Part shown: positions 1 to 13,800 of the stretch, in pieces | Layout of the letters: each line of letters starts with the position of its first letter | How positions within the stretch are numbered: position 1 is the stretch's first letter | NCBI GenBank assembly: GCA_002633005.1 | Contig: NMRA01000410.1 | Location: 337,977-401,976, forward strand | DNA: 64,000 bases | Reading direction: 5' to 3' | Source: Phoronis australis | Lineage: Eukaryota > Animalia > Phoronida | Translations under genes and position numbers: made by a program | Notes under the pieces: generated by a model | Databases searched by the model: none | What the model saw: the letters and a program-made list of their open reading frames with translations, nothing else | Told to the model about the DNA's origin: nothing

Positions 1-480
1 CAAGCAGGCTGGTAGCCTTGCTCAGTACGAGCAGTTGAATTAAAGCATTGAGTGTCTGTTGCAGTGGGCTTGTAGAAGTCTTAATTAACGTGTTGGCCTT
101 TTTGTTTTGCATACTTTATTTCACAAAATTCCGACCACTGTCCCACTCCCATTATTATTTCTACTACTTTGGTTTAGAGGAATAAAAAAGTTCTGTCAAT
201 TCTTTTCAAACCCAAAAATCCATTGTCATCTGAGTAAGGAACAAGTTGAGACAAAATTTTTAATAAAGTTTGCTTTTTGGATTTTCCGTCTTTTTTATAA
301 ACGTTTAAATTTTACAAAGTGTTCGGAATTCCATAGAAGGGTTCTTGTTGATGCTTGGACTTTATGTAATTCCGAATTCACTTTGCTTCTAAGATAAATC
401 TCTTAGTCTATCTTGATTCAACTTAACTGAGCTTCACTGTATCTTGAAAAACAGCCAAAGGGTAAGGAGGAGCTCAAATG

Positions 481-630
481 GTGTATTGTTATTCATAAAA
501 CATGATGAGTGTATTGTTATTCATAAAACATGATGAGTGTAATGTTATTCATAAAACATGATGAGTGTAATGTTATTCATAAAACATGATGAGTGTAATG
601 TTATTCATAAAACATGATGAGTGTAATGTT
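481..630. repeat. Minisatellite, 28-bp unit (gttattcataaaacatgatgagtgtaat), ~5 copies
   Basis: Unit recurs at ~28-bp spacing, nearly identical copies. Confidence 0.95.
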
Positions 631-1239
631 GAAGTAGGTCATGTTTACATTTTCATCCTTTCACGATTTTGGATGCGAGTTTTGATTGTGTTTCATGGCA
701 ATAGCATTTTGCCCTGTGCATGGTCACTTGTAAACTTAAAGACTCATCTGTATTTTCGAAACTTGAAAGAAGTGATGTCCGTCCATATCTTTAATCATTT
801 GTCACCCCGCAACCTCATATAAAATGTCAAAAACATCATGAAATAACTTTGTGCGCCTTCTCTAGCTTCACTCTGCTCAAACCCATTTGATCAGTAAAGT
901 CCGCACTTTCTTTTTACTGAAACAAATAATTGTCACACTTGTCTGTTTTGTTGGAAGAAATGTGGAGGTCACATGTCAAATTACTTTTGACACAAGTTGA
1001 TTCTGTTTTAGATAAGAAATCATTTTCTTCTTGTCGAGCTAGCCCTTGTTTGTGGGAATGATGCAACGTCTCCGTACATGAAGAAGTTGAAGCCAAAGAT
1101 AGGTATCCGTGGTGACTTCAAGGATCCTAAGAATGTTGCAGGCTGGGTAATGCACCATAAGAAAATTGAGAATCACCCTGTTATAGCTGATGAACTGGTT
1201 AGTAGAAATATGCACAGAACTTCACGTTTTAGGCACACA

Positions 1240-1900
1240 GGCCCACATCTAGATATTTTAAAATGTCTTCTTTCAAAAAACATTTTACTCAAGTGTTATG
1301 TTTGCAGTTACGCCAACATGTCTTGTCTTTTCCGTCCATTAGTTTTTATTTTAAATGTTAAGAATGCCGAAGGGGCATTTTGCTGCTGCTTAGCTGTCAA
1401 TGTTGCTGGTTGGAACCATGTTTAACACTGGAGAGTCAACTTTCAATACGATTCTTTTCAAAGAAACAAGCTTTGGTTGTCCATTTTGACAGTATGTTAA
1501 TATGTCGTTCTAGTGCGGAAACGTACAGTTTCAAGAAGCAATCCATATTTCGCGCCTGTTCTATGAAGCTCAACACCCCAGTGAAAAGCCAGTTGAAAAA
1601 GCTCCACACTCCCAGCACATTATTGAGTGTGTCAGCCAAGGGAAATACCCTCCCCATATATTTGCGATGCACCATAATTTTTATTGGCATCGAATGTTGG
1701 TTGAGGTCATGACCCCAGGTCATCCATGTGTGGAGGTCGCCTTGTCCGAACTCCGTGGGTTCGTGTACTGGATGCTGTTGAACAGAAATGAGGCATTCAT
1801 CATGGAGTATGGCAGAACTCCTAATAAACAGTTTGAAGCCTTGAGAGTAAGTTGCTTGTAACGTAAAATAAGAGGTTGCCGAACTTTTTACGCACAAACA
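1240..1900 (-). pseudogene. Degenerate non-LTR reverse transcriptase fragment
   Basis: Minus-strand fragments KFG..L.SRLQTVY, GVR/QGD (frameshifted GVRQGD), LERHINILSKW and LKYLDV (cf. KYLG) occur in RT order but with frameshifts. Confidence 0.35.
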
Positions 1901-2095
1901 TATTATTATGTGTCCATCGTCTTTGTCCAGTGTCTGTCCATACGGTGTCTTCATTCGGCCTCTGTGGCTGTATCTCCTGAATCCCTTGGAGGATTGTTGT
2001 GAAATTTGGCAAGTATATTTCTAAAAACATAACATCATATGACAAAGACTTTCGGACGGATCTGAGTACTGCTCTACCCTCTAGTGGCAATTCTA
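1900..2095 (-). mobile_element. Fragment of the HINE/Helentron-type repeat seen at 30.7-36.3 kb
   Basis: Reverse complement carries aattgccactagaggg...gatccgtccgaaagt...cttgccaaatttca...ggagatacagcca, the core of that array. Confidence 0.55.
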
Positions 2096-4184
2096 ATATT
2101 TAAGGTTTGTCTGGGTTTCATCGGAGTTGTTCTTTTTTACAGAACAATAAACTAAAAGGATACTCAACAGCAAATTGTTAGAATATTACATACAGTTAAC
2201 AGCCCTGGGCATTGGTGGAATTAGAATCAGCTTAACAACAACATCAACAATAACAACAACAACAACAGTGAACTGTCATGCATGCAATTTACAAATTTGC
2301 GCATGTCCGTCTTGCCACGGTTTCGAAATCTATGCATTTCAATGGCCGCTTGACACCACGTCATCTTGCGGTGTGTCAGATTGGCCAAACATTAATGTCT
2401 AAACGGGACTTAGTGAAAGCAGGTTAAGCAGTGAAAATGACGATTGCTACTCATTTCATAAATGTTCAGTTTGTGTGTGAGTGCGTGTGTTTGTTATAAT
2501 CAGAGCTCACTAGGGTTAAACTTGCGTTCTGGAAACAATCTAATTGAGAAACTGTTTCCTAAATGGAGTTAGAATGTAATAATCGATTTAAGCTTTTTTT
2601 GCTTGATTCAAAGGTATACAAAGTTCAGGAACCGACTCATTTCCGTCTGTTGCCAATTCACCACATCAAGAGCGAGCGTGTGTTTGACAACCTCCGACTA
2701 TTCCACAACATAATGTCTCACATGGAACCAGGTAATATGTAATCACTTATTTTTTATTATCATTGGAATGTAATTCCTTATTTGTTGATTATCATTAGAC
2801 TTACCATAGATGATAGCTTGATGTCTTGTCTATAGTCTCGAACCCACAAGTCATGAACTTGCCTTGAGTAAGTGTTAGCGAATTTCTTTCCAAGGCTGTT
2901 CACAGTCAAAAATCTTATTGCTTCTGCTGTTAGCTGACAAAGACACAAAAAAAAGTATTTATTTGTTCTGATCTCTACCCCACTCATTTTGTAACCTGTG
3001 TGCTCACCAACTAAAAAATGCCCTCTCTCATCACGGAATTTCAGTCATGGTCTCATTTTTTTGTTTTGAAAAGGTGCATAAGGTACATAAGCAAGATTTC
3101 AAATGCTGTTATTTGCTACGCAGTCTGTAAAAACAGGTACCACATTATTTTTGTTAGTTTCAGGTGAGTTTTCTTTTTTGAAAAGTAAGCAACTGACCAA
3201 ATAAAAAATGCCCACCCGCACCAGCAGGGGTATGCAAGGTTTGAAACACTGTGATTTGCCACGGTGAGGACAAAATCAGATCTTTCGTTGTTTTTGTGCT
3301 ATTCAGGTGCGTGAGGAAGTAAAAAATACAGCACCACTGATTCAACTTTCAAAACAAAATCAAAGACCAGAACCAAGTAATGATTTAATTTGGGTTCAAT
3401 AATTTAATTTTTAAGATTTCCTTAAAGAGGCTATAAACCTACACTGAATTGACTGAGGAACAGTAATCTGGTGAATTGTCTTTAAATCGGAAGTGTTTTT
3501 GTGACGAGAGATTGATTTATAGGCACTAATTAAACTGTCACTATGCTTACGTGTCTTAGGGGACGTATTTGTTAATGTCTTGCATGTCTTTTGGAAGAAT
3601 GCAAATTGAGGTGTCACCTGGTGAACTAGATCTCAAGCGTGCAGGAAAGACGCGTTATCACACAAACCACACTTTATGTGAGTGTGACTAAAATAGCATA
3701 GAAATAATTAAGAGTTTGTTTAGTTCCCAACTTTATAACAGAATGAAACATAAAACATTTTAAAACTGGTCTACGTTTCTCATATTTAATGTGCATTTTT
3801 GATAGCTTGTTCCAAGACTGTGACTCGAAATATTGGAAAGACGAGTTCAATACATAGCCATTGGCTTTTGAGATCTTGCCTAGCTCGTAATTATAAAACC
3901 TTATTGTTTTATTAAACCCATTGGTTGCGTTAAATAGCATATTTTTGTGCATATGCCTCTTCATAAAATCATCTTGAAACAAACACAATTTTAAGACTCT
4001 TAATTTTATTCTAATTTATTTATTATTCTTTTTTGTGGTTTACTTCATATGGCTTGACTTAGTTTGACATCTGATTACAAAAATGTCATCCTGTATAATT
4101 TCCTCAGATAATGTTTACTTTTAGGATGAATGGTTTTGTTGCGAGCTCCATGTGTTACGCATATCCTGAGATGCATGTTTATTC

Positions 4185-4665
4185 CAGGGCTTGGAATTTT
4201 CCGCGGAAACGCGGATTTCCGCTTTTTTCAAATGTTCTGTCCGCGCATTTTATTATATTTCCGCGTAAAAAAATCGGATTTGATATAAAATTTCCGCGGA
4301 AAATTCCTTTCTTACCGCGGCGTTGCTGACGACGTTCGCCTCGAAAAGCAGAAGTTTCGGAGGAACGTAAATTGTCAACATTGCCGGGGCATCTGGGATA
4401 ACGTGGTGGGATTTTCAATGGCGTCTCGTGTGATTGTAAACCGCGGTGACAAATACTACTGCTCTGCAGCCAAAAATGTGTGGGGGTGGGAGTGGACGGA
4501 CGAGATAAAAAGACGCAGATGCATGCTAACGTTTTTTTTCTTTTTTTTAGTCCTACCGATTTTTGTCGGCGAAAGGTTCACATCGACTATTCAAAGCTTC
4601 GTAGCGCGCATGTTTTGGGCCGTAAAAGTTTCCGCATTTCTTGTCAATGGTCATTCCAAGCCCTG
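4185..4665. mobile_element. MITE with CAGGGCTTGGAAT terminal inverted repeats and 6-bp TSD (TTATTC)
   Basis: cagggcttggaat at 4185, attccaagccctg ending 4665, ttattc on both flanks; inverted sister copy at 31486-31992. Confidence 0.9.
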
Positions 4666-7600
4666 TTATTCATGATACTTTTCAGAGGGAATGAAGTGGT
4701 TTGATCGCTACGGTCGCAAAAATGGCTTCCTGTGTTACGTTCTGCGATACATGCTTATTCTTAACCTGGATCAAAACCTCTTCATCCAACGAGATGAGTT
4801 CTTCTCGCTGATAGCCACGGTTTTTGCCCACGTGCATGCTCATGACAATGAATGTCTAGGTTTACCTTTGAGACCACCTGTCAGGTGTGTCACCATTGGC
4901 AACTGGTTTCAGGTGAGTGCTAAGAAAAGAAAATTCAGAAATTTTGAGATTTCATCTTGGATATTTGTAACAAATGAAATTTGGTGATGTTATGGATAAA
5001 ATATGTGGTAAAAATACCTTTTGTTTTTGCTAAAGTTTACTAAAATTACATGGTTACTTTACCCAGTCATTGGCAGATTGGTACAAAGTCTAAAATTGTA
5101 CTGTTTTACACGCTTTCCACGTTTGGAGTTGTTTTAAAGGGGATAGTAACCATATTTGACGTTTTCTTAAAATTAAAAATGGAGGCCCCTGTTCCTGGTT
5201 GCATGAAACAGTCCCAAATAGGTGGCGTTTCTTATCAAGCATCCCTATTAAAGTGGGGAATACATAATGTTCTTGGGGTCGTTTCAAACACACAACACAG
5301 TTCTTTATCTTGACTGTATGTTGATGTACGGTAACCTTTCTTAACTGTGCAGGTGTCATAAGTGGAGTGGATTAGTTGGTGTACCCAACGATCTTCTCTT
5401 TGTGCTGAGCAAACAGTGGCCAATTTGAATTAGTTGTTGTGTTAAAAGGATTGTCTTAAACCAGTTTTAGCCTGACGAGCTTTGTCTGAGTGCTATCGAT
5501 GTCTTGCAGGATATATATCGCCACGCCTACCATTTCCTTGGAAAATTACTTCATCTCACGCATGAGTTTCCAACTCCTAAGGAATTGTTCTCTGGTTCGC
5601 TGTGGACTGCCTTTTATGTTCTGGCAAGGGAACAGGGTAAGGAACGAAGTTTTTGGCAAATTTTCGTGTTGAAGTTTGAATGACTGTGTTTTTGCGAAAA
5701 TGGCTCGCTTTTATTTTCGTAAGCACAACGCTTGCAGTATCCGCAGGCTACTGATATCCTCCAGGTTCTCCACAAACAACAGTTTACTGTTTCTACAGTC
5801 CTCCATTCACTGCTGAAGCACAGTCCCCATAGTTTTCACATTTCTCATTCCAGTTGAGACCACAAGCACAGGATTTTCTCAACCACCTTTGAATGCTGAC
5901 ATTTGAATTACAGTCTTTTTGTTTGAGAGTGTTGCCCAATATGTGAATCTCATTTCATGCTAAAAATTTTTCATGAAAATGCGCTAAATGTGTGTGGTCA
6001 GTTTTAGGCCGTAACATTGACAACTCTCATGACGCATAAGTTTGCCATATTGTGCCAAGAAAAGAGTCTTATTGAGAAATGTGCTTTGTTGTTATATGTA
6101 GCTGTTTTGTTGCCATTCTGGGTTATAGAGCACTAGCTGAAAAGCCACAAGTCTAGCTTTATTATGTGGAGATTTTACACGACCTTAATGACTATATACT
6201 TAATAATATTATTGTGTACATACATCATTATTTTTTTCTTAAAATGACTATAAACCCACATTATATTTACCACTATAAAATTGGCCTCAACTTTCTCCAT
6301 ATTCAGTGGAGAAACAATTCGCAAAGGACTGGCAGTTCATTATTCTTCGACTAGAGACTTAGCATATAAAATGACACACCTTGACAAACCAACCTTAAAG
6401 ACTGATATCAAACAATAACAAACTGTTAATTCCTTTGAATCCCTGATACCTCCTCCAATTTGACAAATGGTTAATGGTTTACATCAAAAGTTGATTGTTG
6501 TCATGAAAGGTGGGTTTAATGTCACTTTAATGATGAGATTAAAGATTTCCTTTATAGTGGACAAGTTAAATGTGAGATCAAGAAATTAGCCAATTAACAC
6601 TGCCAAACTGAGCTTTTCCTTACTATGATAGCATCAGTTTCATCTTTCAGTTACAATTGGGAAATAACCTGCATTCCAGTTGCTGCAGTCAAGTTTCGGA
6701 GGGTTTGTCAATCTAAGATTTTCTTCTGAGGCATTTTTGACTCGATCGTCAACCCCCCCTAGTTTTGATTTTGCTTTATGAACAGCTTAACAGAAGAAAA
6801 CGCAGTTTATATCACACCTTTGTCAATGCAGTTTTCATTAGGGTTTTACTAATGTCTGTTCCAGGTTCACTAGCCTAAGTATAGTGTATCATTAAGCCTA
6901 CTAAGCAGTGCGTTGACACTTAACCAATCGTTTTACTTTAACTTGACTGTCTTTTGCTCTTCAGTGTACAGCTGCTGTACAATCCAACCACCAGCTGAAT
7001 TGTTGGACCGCATTTGGAACCACAGGCAAAGTATTATCAAAGAAAAGAGACACATGATTCGGTACCTTGTCAAGGACATCTACGAATTTGACGACAGATG
7101 GTAATTGAAGAGTTGCGTCTGACGTGTCTGGATATCTGTTGGTTTACTGTAGAACTTAAGTTGGTGGCTAGCCGATGTGTTGTTGTTCATCACAAAATGC
7201 ACAGGTCGCAAATTTAACTTGTACTTGTGTGTACAGCTTGGATTCAGTTAGTAAGTGGAATTTCTGCCTGTGAGTGTGCAATGAGAAAACAATCGGAATT
7301 CCGTTGTCTGTTTTTTCTCACCTCAGTTGAATATTAAGATCTTTCGAGTTGAAATATTATTGTGCTCCATAAAAGTTTTAAATGTTACTGACTATATTAT
7401 TGTAACCTGAACATGTGGAAAATTAGCTTATAAATTGACCACAGCTACGCATTACGCGTTAAAAGACCGAATAGTGACCCCATGCTCAATGCCTCTCAGA
7501 AAAATAATTCCGAAAGAGCTTGCATATACTTCGGATTTTTGTTTAAGCCTGTTTGTTAGATAATAGACGTTATAAGGATAAGCATGTTTTGTGAGCAAGA

Positions 7601-8860
7601 ATACAAACTTGTTGATTAATTTTGTTGTTATAATATTTATAGCAGTGTTTGAATGTAGCAGGTTTAAACTTTTTTAAAATAATGTTCCCCGTAAAGTATA
7701 CATTACTTTGTTTTTATCTTTACTGTTTCTAGACACAGGTATGGTGGGAAAATTCATTGCGATACAAAAACATTCCCCCCTGCATGTTTTGTTGCATAAT
7801 GACTACCTTGCACACAAACTATGAAAAGAAGACTTTGTCACTATTACAATGTCTTTAAGCAGGATTTTGCGTTTCTTAAAGTGGCAATCAATCAGTGTTC
7901 CATCGTAGACAGTACGCTTTGATTTACAGCAACCCACTTACCAAAGTAAGTTTGGTTTCAACTTGTTCCTTACTCAGATGAGAAGTGCTTAATTTGTTGG
8001 ACTTTGCTGGGCAAATAAAATCATACACTATAAACCAGTCAACTTGTCTAGAGCCTCATCTCTACCAATAACAAACATTCCATTCCTTTCAAGAACAGAC
8101 ATAACATCTATTCTCATTGCAATCAGAGGCCAAATGTTATGTTGTTTATCAATTCTCATGTCACATTGACGAATGTCTCCGTCCTCATTCTTGTGAACAG
8201 CGTTACATTTAAGACATGGTATGTTAATTGCCTCTCCCGACAGTTCTTCATGCATTTGCTGGGTGTGTCCATTCAAAATCATTTTTAAATCAACATGGTT
8301 GAAAAATAACTGGGAAATAGTAGTTGACAATGCCACCATTCGCTACGTGGAAAATGACACACTTAGGTTAGATTTTATAGTCTCTATCATTCAGTCATAA
8401 AAAACTGTACTAAATGAGCACCTCAAAGGTGTGTACCACATGCTAGCCGTGTTCTGTTAGGCTTGTGGGCTCCCTACCGTATGATACATTCAGACACACT
8501 CCCTGCTTGCATGCCCTTTTACCTGCTGTCACTTGTTTATTTGGCTTCCACGTCCATTTCACCTACAGCCTTATAAAGAGACACGGGGTCTCAAAATATT
8601 GCAGCTATTTTAACGTTTGTCTGTTGTCTTTTGGTGTTGCTACAGCACTCCCAGAGATACGAGATTGTATGGAGACTACAAGCGAGTATACATAAGCTGT
8701 TTAGTTGTGCCTTCAACCAAGTTCGTGTCAACGAAGGGCTGCTACTATTCTGATTAAGGAAAAATTTTGATCAACACATTTTGCTTTTTAATTTTATTCA
8801 GTTGGGGTATAAGCTCACAATGACAACAGATAACATGACAAATGTTGGATGGATTGGGTT

Positions 8861-9084
8861 GGTCCAATGATAACCATAAGTAATAATATTAAGATTCGCA
8901 GTATACTTTTACGATTTATTTTTCTTCAAGAAACTAATATGGCTGACACAACTACATACACTGTCGGATGGTCCAATGATGGCCATAAGAAATGTTAAGA
9001 TCCGCAGTCTATGTTTATGATGTATTTTTCTTCAACAAAAGTTCAGTCACAAACTAACATGGCTGACACAACAATATACACTGC
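8861..9084. repeat. Diverged ~110-bp tandem duplication
   Basis: ggtccaatgat..ccataag...gctgacacaac...tacactg occurs twice in tandem. Confidence 0.8.
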
Positions 9085-10761
9085 CGCTACAGGCAGCACT
9101 AAACACTTCTGAAACAAATGATAATGAGGCGATGTTAACTGTATCTATGTACACGTATTGCAAGTTCATTTCCTAAGTCTTCATTCACGTCACTAAGTTA
9201 GCCATAAAAACTGAACTGTATACTTATGAATATCACAGCCCTCGATAACTGTAAGCTGATGGGACTTTAAAAACCCATATTGAAGATCCTTTTAATTATT
9301 TACAGAGGAATTACAGGACACAATATATTTCCCATAATTCTACCTCACACATGGATCAGGTGGCAAGGACATGGCAATATTCTTGTGATCAGATTGCAAA
9401 TGGTCATTGCTCAACACATAGGTCTAAAATGATGTTCTAGATAAGTCTATTGAAAGATATTAACTACAGCTAGATCTGGTTGATAGTGTGACACAAAACA
9501 ATGCCGTGTAAAAGTAGTTGATAAGTTTCAGGAATTCCTTACTAAGTATGCGGACTAGGTTAGCACAGCGAATGCTCTGCTTGAGTTCATTGACAGTTGT
9601 AAGGAAAGACCGTCTCCCTCAAACCACAGGATACATTTTGTAACGCTATCATTTTGCAACCAACTTTTATTCAATCATATAATGACCTGCCACTGGATTA
9701 GTTTGGGTGAAATCACTAAAGTAGGACTCTGTGTCACTCTTAAAGCCTACTGACTGAAAGCTACTTGGTATATTTATGCTTATGTCCTAGTAGAACTTGA
9801 TCGGACTTGCTAATTATGACACAATAGAGACAAAAAAATTAATTAAATGTCTAACAATGATTACTCTCAAAATTCAGTTCCTCCAATAGTCTAGAGAAGG
9901 CAAACTACGTCATTGTGTTATAGTCAGAGCAGACAGAAAAGTACGAGTTGAGTTGTGTTCCTCAAGTGAAATTTTTTTTCCTTCCCTATCATCCAGACAA
10001 AGCAGTAAACAGCATCAATGAAGTACACGTGGTTACATGAGTGAGGGAGAGATTTGTTGTTGTTAGGTGATGCAATACTAAGTTTAAGGCTATCAATTGT
10101 AATCCTCACACCACTTGCCTAGCATGCTGAGGATTAACGCTTGCAACAGCATTTAGCATGCAAGCCAAGATCCTCTCAGTTCACTTGGCCCAAATGTGAG
10201 CACTAAGCTGAGCTCACTTGCATTCAAGATGCAGCTCCCTGTCTGCACTGGCCCTTACTATTAACACAGAATTCAGTTACAAATCAATAAGCAACCACAT
10301 CAAGGGTACAGTAAGGTTGCAAAGCTCTGCAGAGCACAGATCTCAGCACTGACCACTGAATAAAATGAGATATACAAAACATTATGTCATCTTGGATATA
10401 AATAGAGTAATTAAAAAATAAATCCCTAAATTTTCTTGAATATAAATATAATAGTAAAACTAATTTTCTAAAACAAACTTCTACACCCAATTTTTCCTTG
10501 TTTTTCGGGGCAACACCACCCTGTCCTGTGAAGTACAGGTGACTTCATACGGAATATCCCATATATAGGAAGACAGTAGTGTTAATCTCGTGACTTCAAA
10601 TCCGAGACCCTGTGTACATAATGATGATACACTAAACGTTTGACGTTAAGTGACAATTCTGTCAACCACCTGTGAAAATTGGTATTAAATATAGACATTC
10701 ATCTTCCACAATGCATGCCATCTCGCAGACACATCTTTGATGCATGACTTAGGAAAAAGTA

Positions 10762-10896
10762 CTAGACATCGGTGAGATTTACCCTAACTTTTTTGATTTC
10801 TTGTACATTAGTAGTCCATCCAGATTTTTCCAGTGCTCTCACAACACTGGAGACTACATCTAAGTCAGTGTTTTTCTTCCACCAGCGTTTGAGACA
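10762..10896 (-). CDS. Death receptor terminal exon, death domain C-terminal part (CLKRWWKKNTDLDVVSSVVRALEKSGWTTNVQEIKKVRVNLTDV*)
   Basis: ttatattttcag acceptor, phase 0; L..W and ..AL...G pattern of death-domain helices 4-6. Confidence 0.85.
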   Translation of the reverse strand, partial: CLKRWWKKNTDLDVVSSVVRALEKSGWTTNVQEIKKVRVNLTDV

Positions 10897-13800
10897 CTGA
10901 AAATATAATGCACACACAAAACTTGAGACACTGAAAAATAATATAAAACGCATCCGCAAAACCGTGAAATAGGTATACACAGACACAACTTGCATGGGTA
11001 GTATGGGCCAATGAAAATCAAAAAATTAAAAACTTTAAACGTATGGATAAATAACGCACAATTTTGTAAAGGCTTGAAATGGTGCCAGGTGGTGCTTATT
11101 AATTTCATGCAACACAATGTAGTCCTTTATAATTGGGCACCACGGGAAGCTACAATAATTCACGGCTGGGAATGACCCGAATGACAAAAAAGAATTTTTT
11201 CCAGGTGATGTATCATTCTACAAATACATAGGTTTGTGTGATAGAAATATTTTTTGTGTCGTAAAATTTAACAGAAATAAACGTTTTTGCATGTCTGAAT
11301 TTGAATAAAGTCAAAATAATGATAAGAAAGAGACGAAATAAGGGAAACTGGAAATCAAATAAGAGGAAATCGAAACCAAAAAAATGGGAAATCCTCTTAA
11401 AAGCGGAAAATTCCAAGCCCTGATGCTCTGATATTTAGAATTGACAGACGCTGCATTTTTGTACATTGCACTTATGTCAAAAATTTCCTTTTTTAAATTG
11501 CTGGGTGGATTCCAAATTTTGAGAATCTAAAAACGAAAAGAACCACTTTGAGAAAATTGTCTTGTGATAGTACTGTCCTTCATAAAAACCAATCTGCAAA
11601 ATTTCACAAAGACCAAACAAGTTGGTAACCAGGAGCACTCTTATTTTATTGCACAATATTTGTACCTGGCAAAAATGAAAAAGTTCAACCCATGTTTGAA
11701 CCTAAAGCTACAGCTGAGCCCCATTTTTATACCTATTTAAAGAGGATTTGAAACACGATCCATCTTCAGACCTAAAGTCAACTAAAATCATACCCTATCC
11801 CCCTCTCTAGTCACTATTTAGAATCACGCTAGTACTCATGCCCTGTAGATAATTACGGTACCAAAACTTATGACAAGCAAACAGCGATATCCCAACCCCG
11901 CATTTTTACACCAGTCCTATTTGGTACTCCAAATTTATACTAAAATGGAGAAAAGCAAACCAAATCTGTGCCCAAAAATGAAAAATGGCACCCGTCTCCG
12001 TTAGCAGCATTGTCCTCACTATCCATGCTACGTTAAGTCCCACAAACGTGCTTTGTAGTTAAAAGAATAAGGAAAAACTTGCAAATTTCATACGAAGAAT
12101 TCCCATTTTGGAAATTAAACGATCTTTGTGAAATGTTGAGATTTTTGAGAAAAAGATAGATTCAGTGATCATGGATTATAAAACTATACAGTTTTAACGG
12201 TGTAATATAAATAGTACTTAAAAGTTCTTTAGAAAATTTTATTCTTAGTAATAAAGATCTCCTATTCCATATTAAATAAAATGTCTAAATTTGGCTAAAT
12301 TCAGAAAATATCAAATCTTAGAAAAAGTTGATCAGATTCATACGAAACTTTCAGATATTGTGCTTTATGTGAAAAGCTTTTAGAAATGGTTCTTATAATG
12401 CCACACTTTTTCACGAAAAAAAATCTAAACTTCCATGAAACAAAAATTAAACAGTGTAAAAAAAACCCTGTAACTGAGCGTTTTTAAGATCTCATTTACA
12501 TCGATCAAATAATCTTCGATGATTTTATCGATACCATTGTTTTGCTATCAATGTAATTTTCTTTTTTTGTTAAAATTTACTGAAAATTAACTTCAACATG
12601 ATCATGTGAATCAATAGACGGGAGATTGGTAAAAAGTCAAAAATCCAATTTCGCAGCATTTCTACATTCTGAAGTCTTAAAATCTATAGTTTTGTAAATA
12701 TCTGGCTTAGTGCGCATACTTGTCAATAAGGTCCTACATAACCGTAAGATAATTTTTACCTCATATTTCACTTCATTTATTCCCTGAAGATAGAAGTCAT
12801 ACTCAATATTTCTGATATTGGGGTCCGTTAATTCCTCTCCTACAAGGCAATACACACATAAATATCAGACCAAAGGCAATGTAAATTACAATCATGTTAC
12901 AGTCTTGTGGACAACTAATGAACATTAATTAACAAGGTTTTAAACTAAAAGCTAGACAAGTTGTGGCGCTGCCATAACAGTTAGTGGCCTAAATTTAAGG
13001 ACGAATTTTTTGAGAGAAAGTGGGCAACTTCTTTAACTAGGTCATACTTCAAATCACGAGGTCAGTGCTCATAAGTAAAACATTTCATTAGTAAGCACAA
13101 TAGCCTAAGGTCATCCATTACCTGGAGTTCAAAATTCGTCCTTAAACTGGAAAAGTTACCTGGTGCATTTGCCGTCACAAGTAGTGTGTGTTTATAACGA
13201 GTGATCGGGGAATCCTGCACTGTTTAGATTGGTATCAGTTTAATGGTATTGTTAATTATGCCCAATTTCTGGAACACACCACCAAAACAAAAAAAGCCAA
13301 AAGCAAATAAAAGCTTATTACCACTTATCTATTAGATATTTGCTCGAGTTTATTTGCTCAACCTGTCGGACAGCCAGGTCGTATAGGGCTCAAGGCCCAC
13401 CAATTCTGGATCAAGTGATCACGGCGTTATTTTGCACACCACCAGCACCGAAAAACGATTGACCTCATTGTCATTATTTTGTGGTCATCACTTTGTTAAT
13501 TAACGTCCACTGTTGACTTTGATAGCATTTGCGTGCCTTGTAAAAATCAAACAATCATGTTCTCCTTTGCTAGCTAATGATAAACTGATAAACACTCTGC
13601 TTATGTCATCAAGTGCTCCAGTGGCAGGATTGAAACTGAGATAGAGAAAAAGGTGATTCAGCTGTATACAAGCCAGTCAGGCATTACAGAATTTCAAGAT
13701 ACGATGAATAAGAATCTGTAAGCCAACTGAGGCAGAGAGATAACTACACATACTTGACAAAACACTAACCCCCCCTCGGCCTTATACTTTGATTGGTGCT

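Noticed and set aside
481-630. CRISPR-like appearance of the 28-bp repeat (also the 27-bp repeat at 24748-24886)
   Set aside because: Head-to-tail units with no unique spacers, no cas genes, eukaryotic context.
5050-5860. Possible RING/PHD-like relic (CVVCLKRP)
   Set aside because: Too degenerate; no complete Cys/His pattern in any frame.
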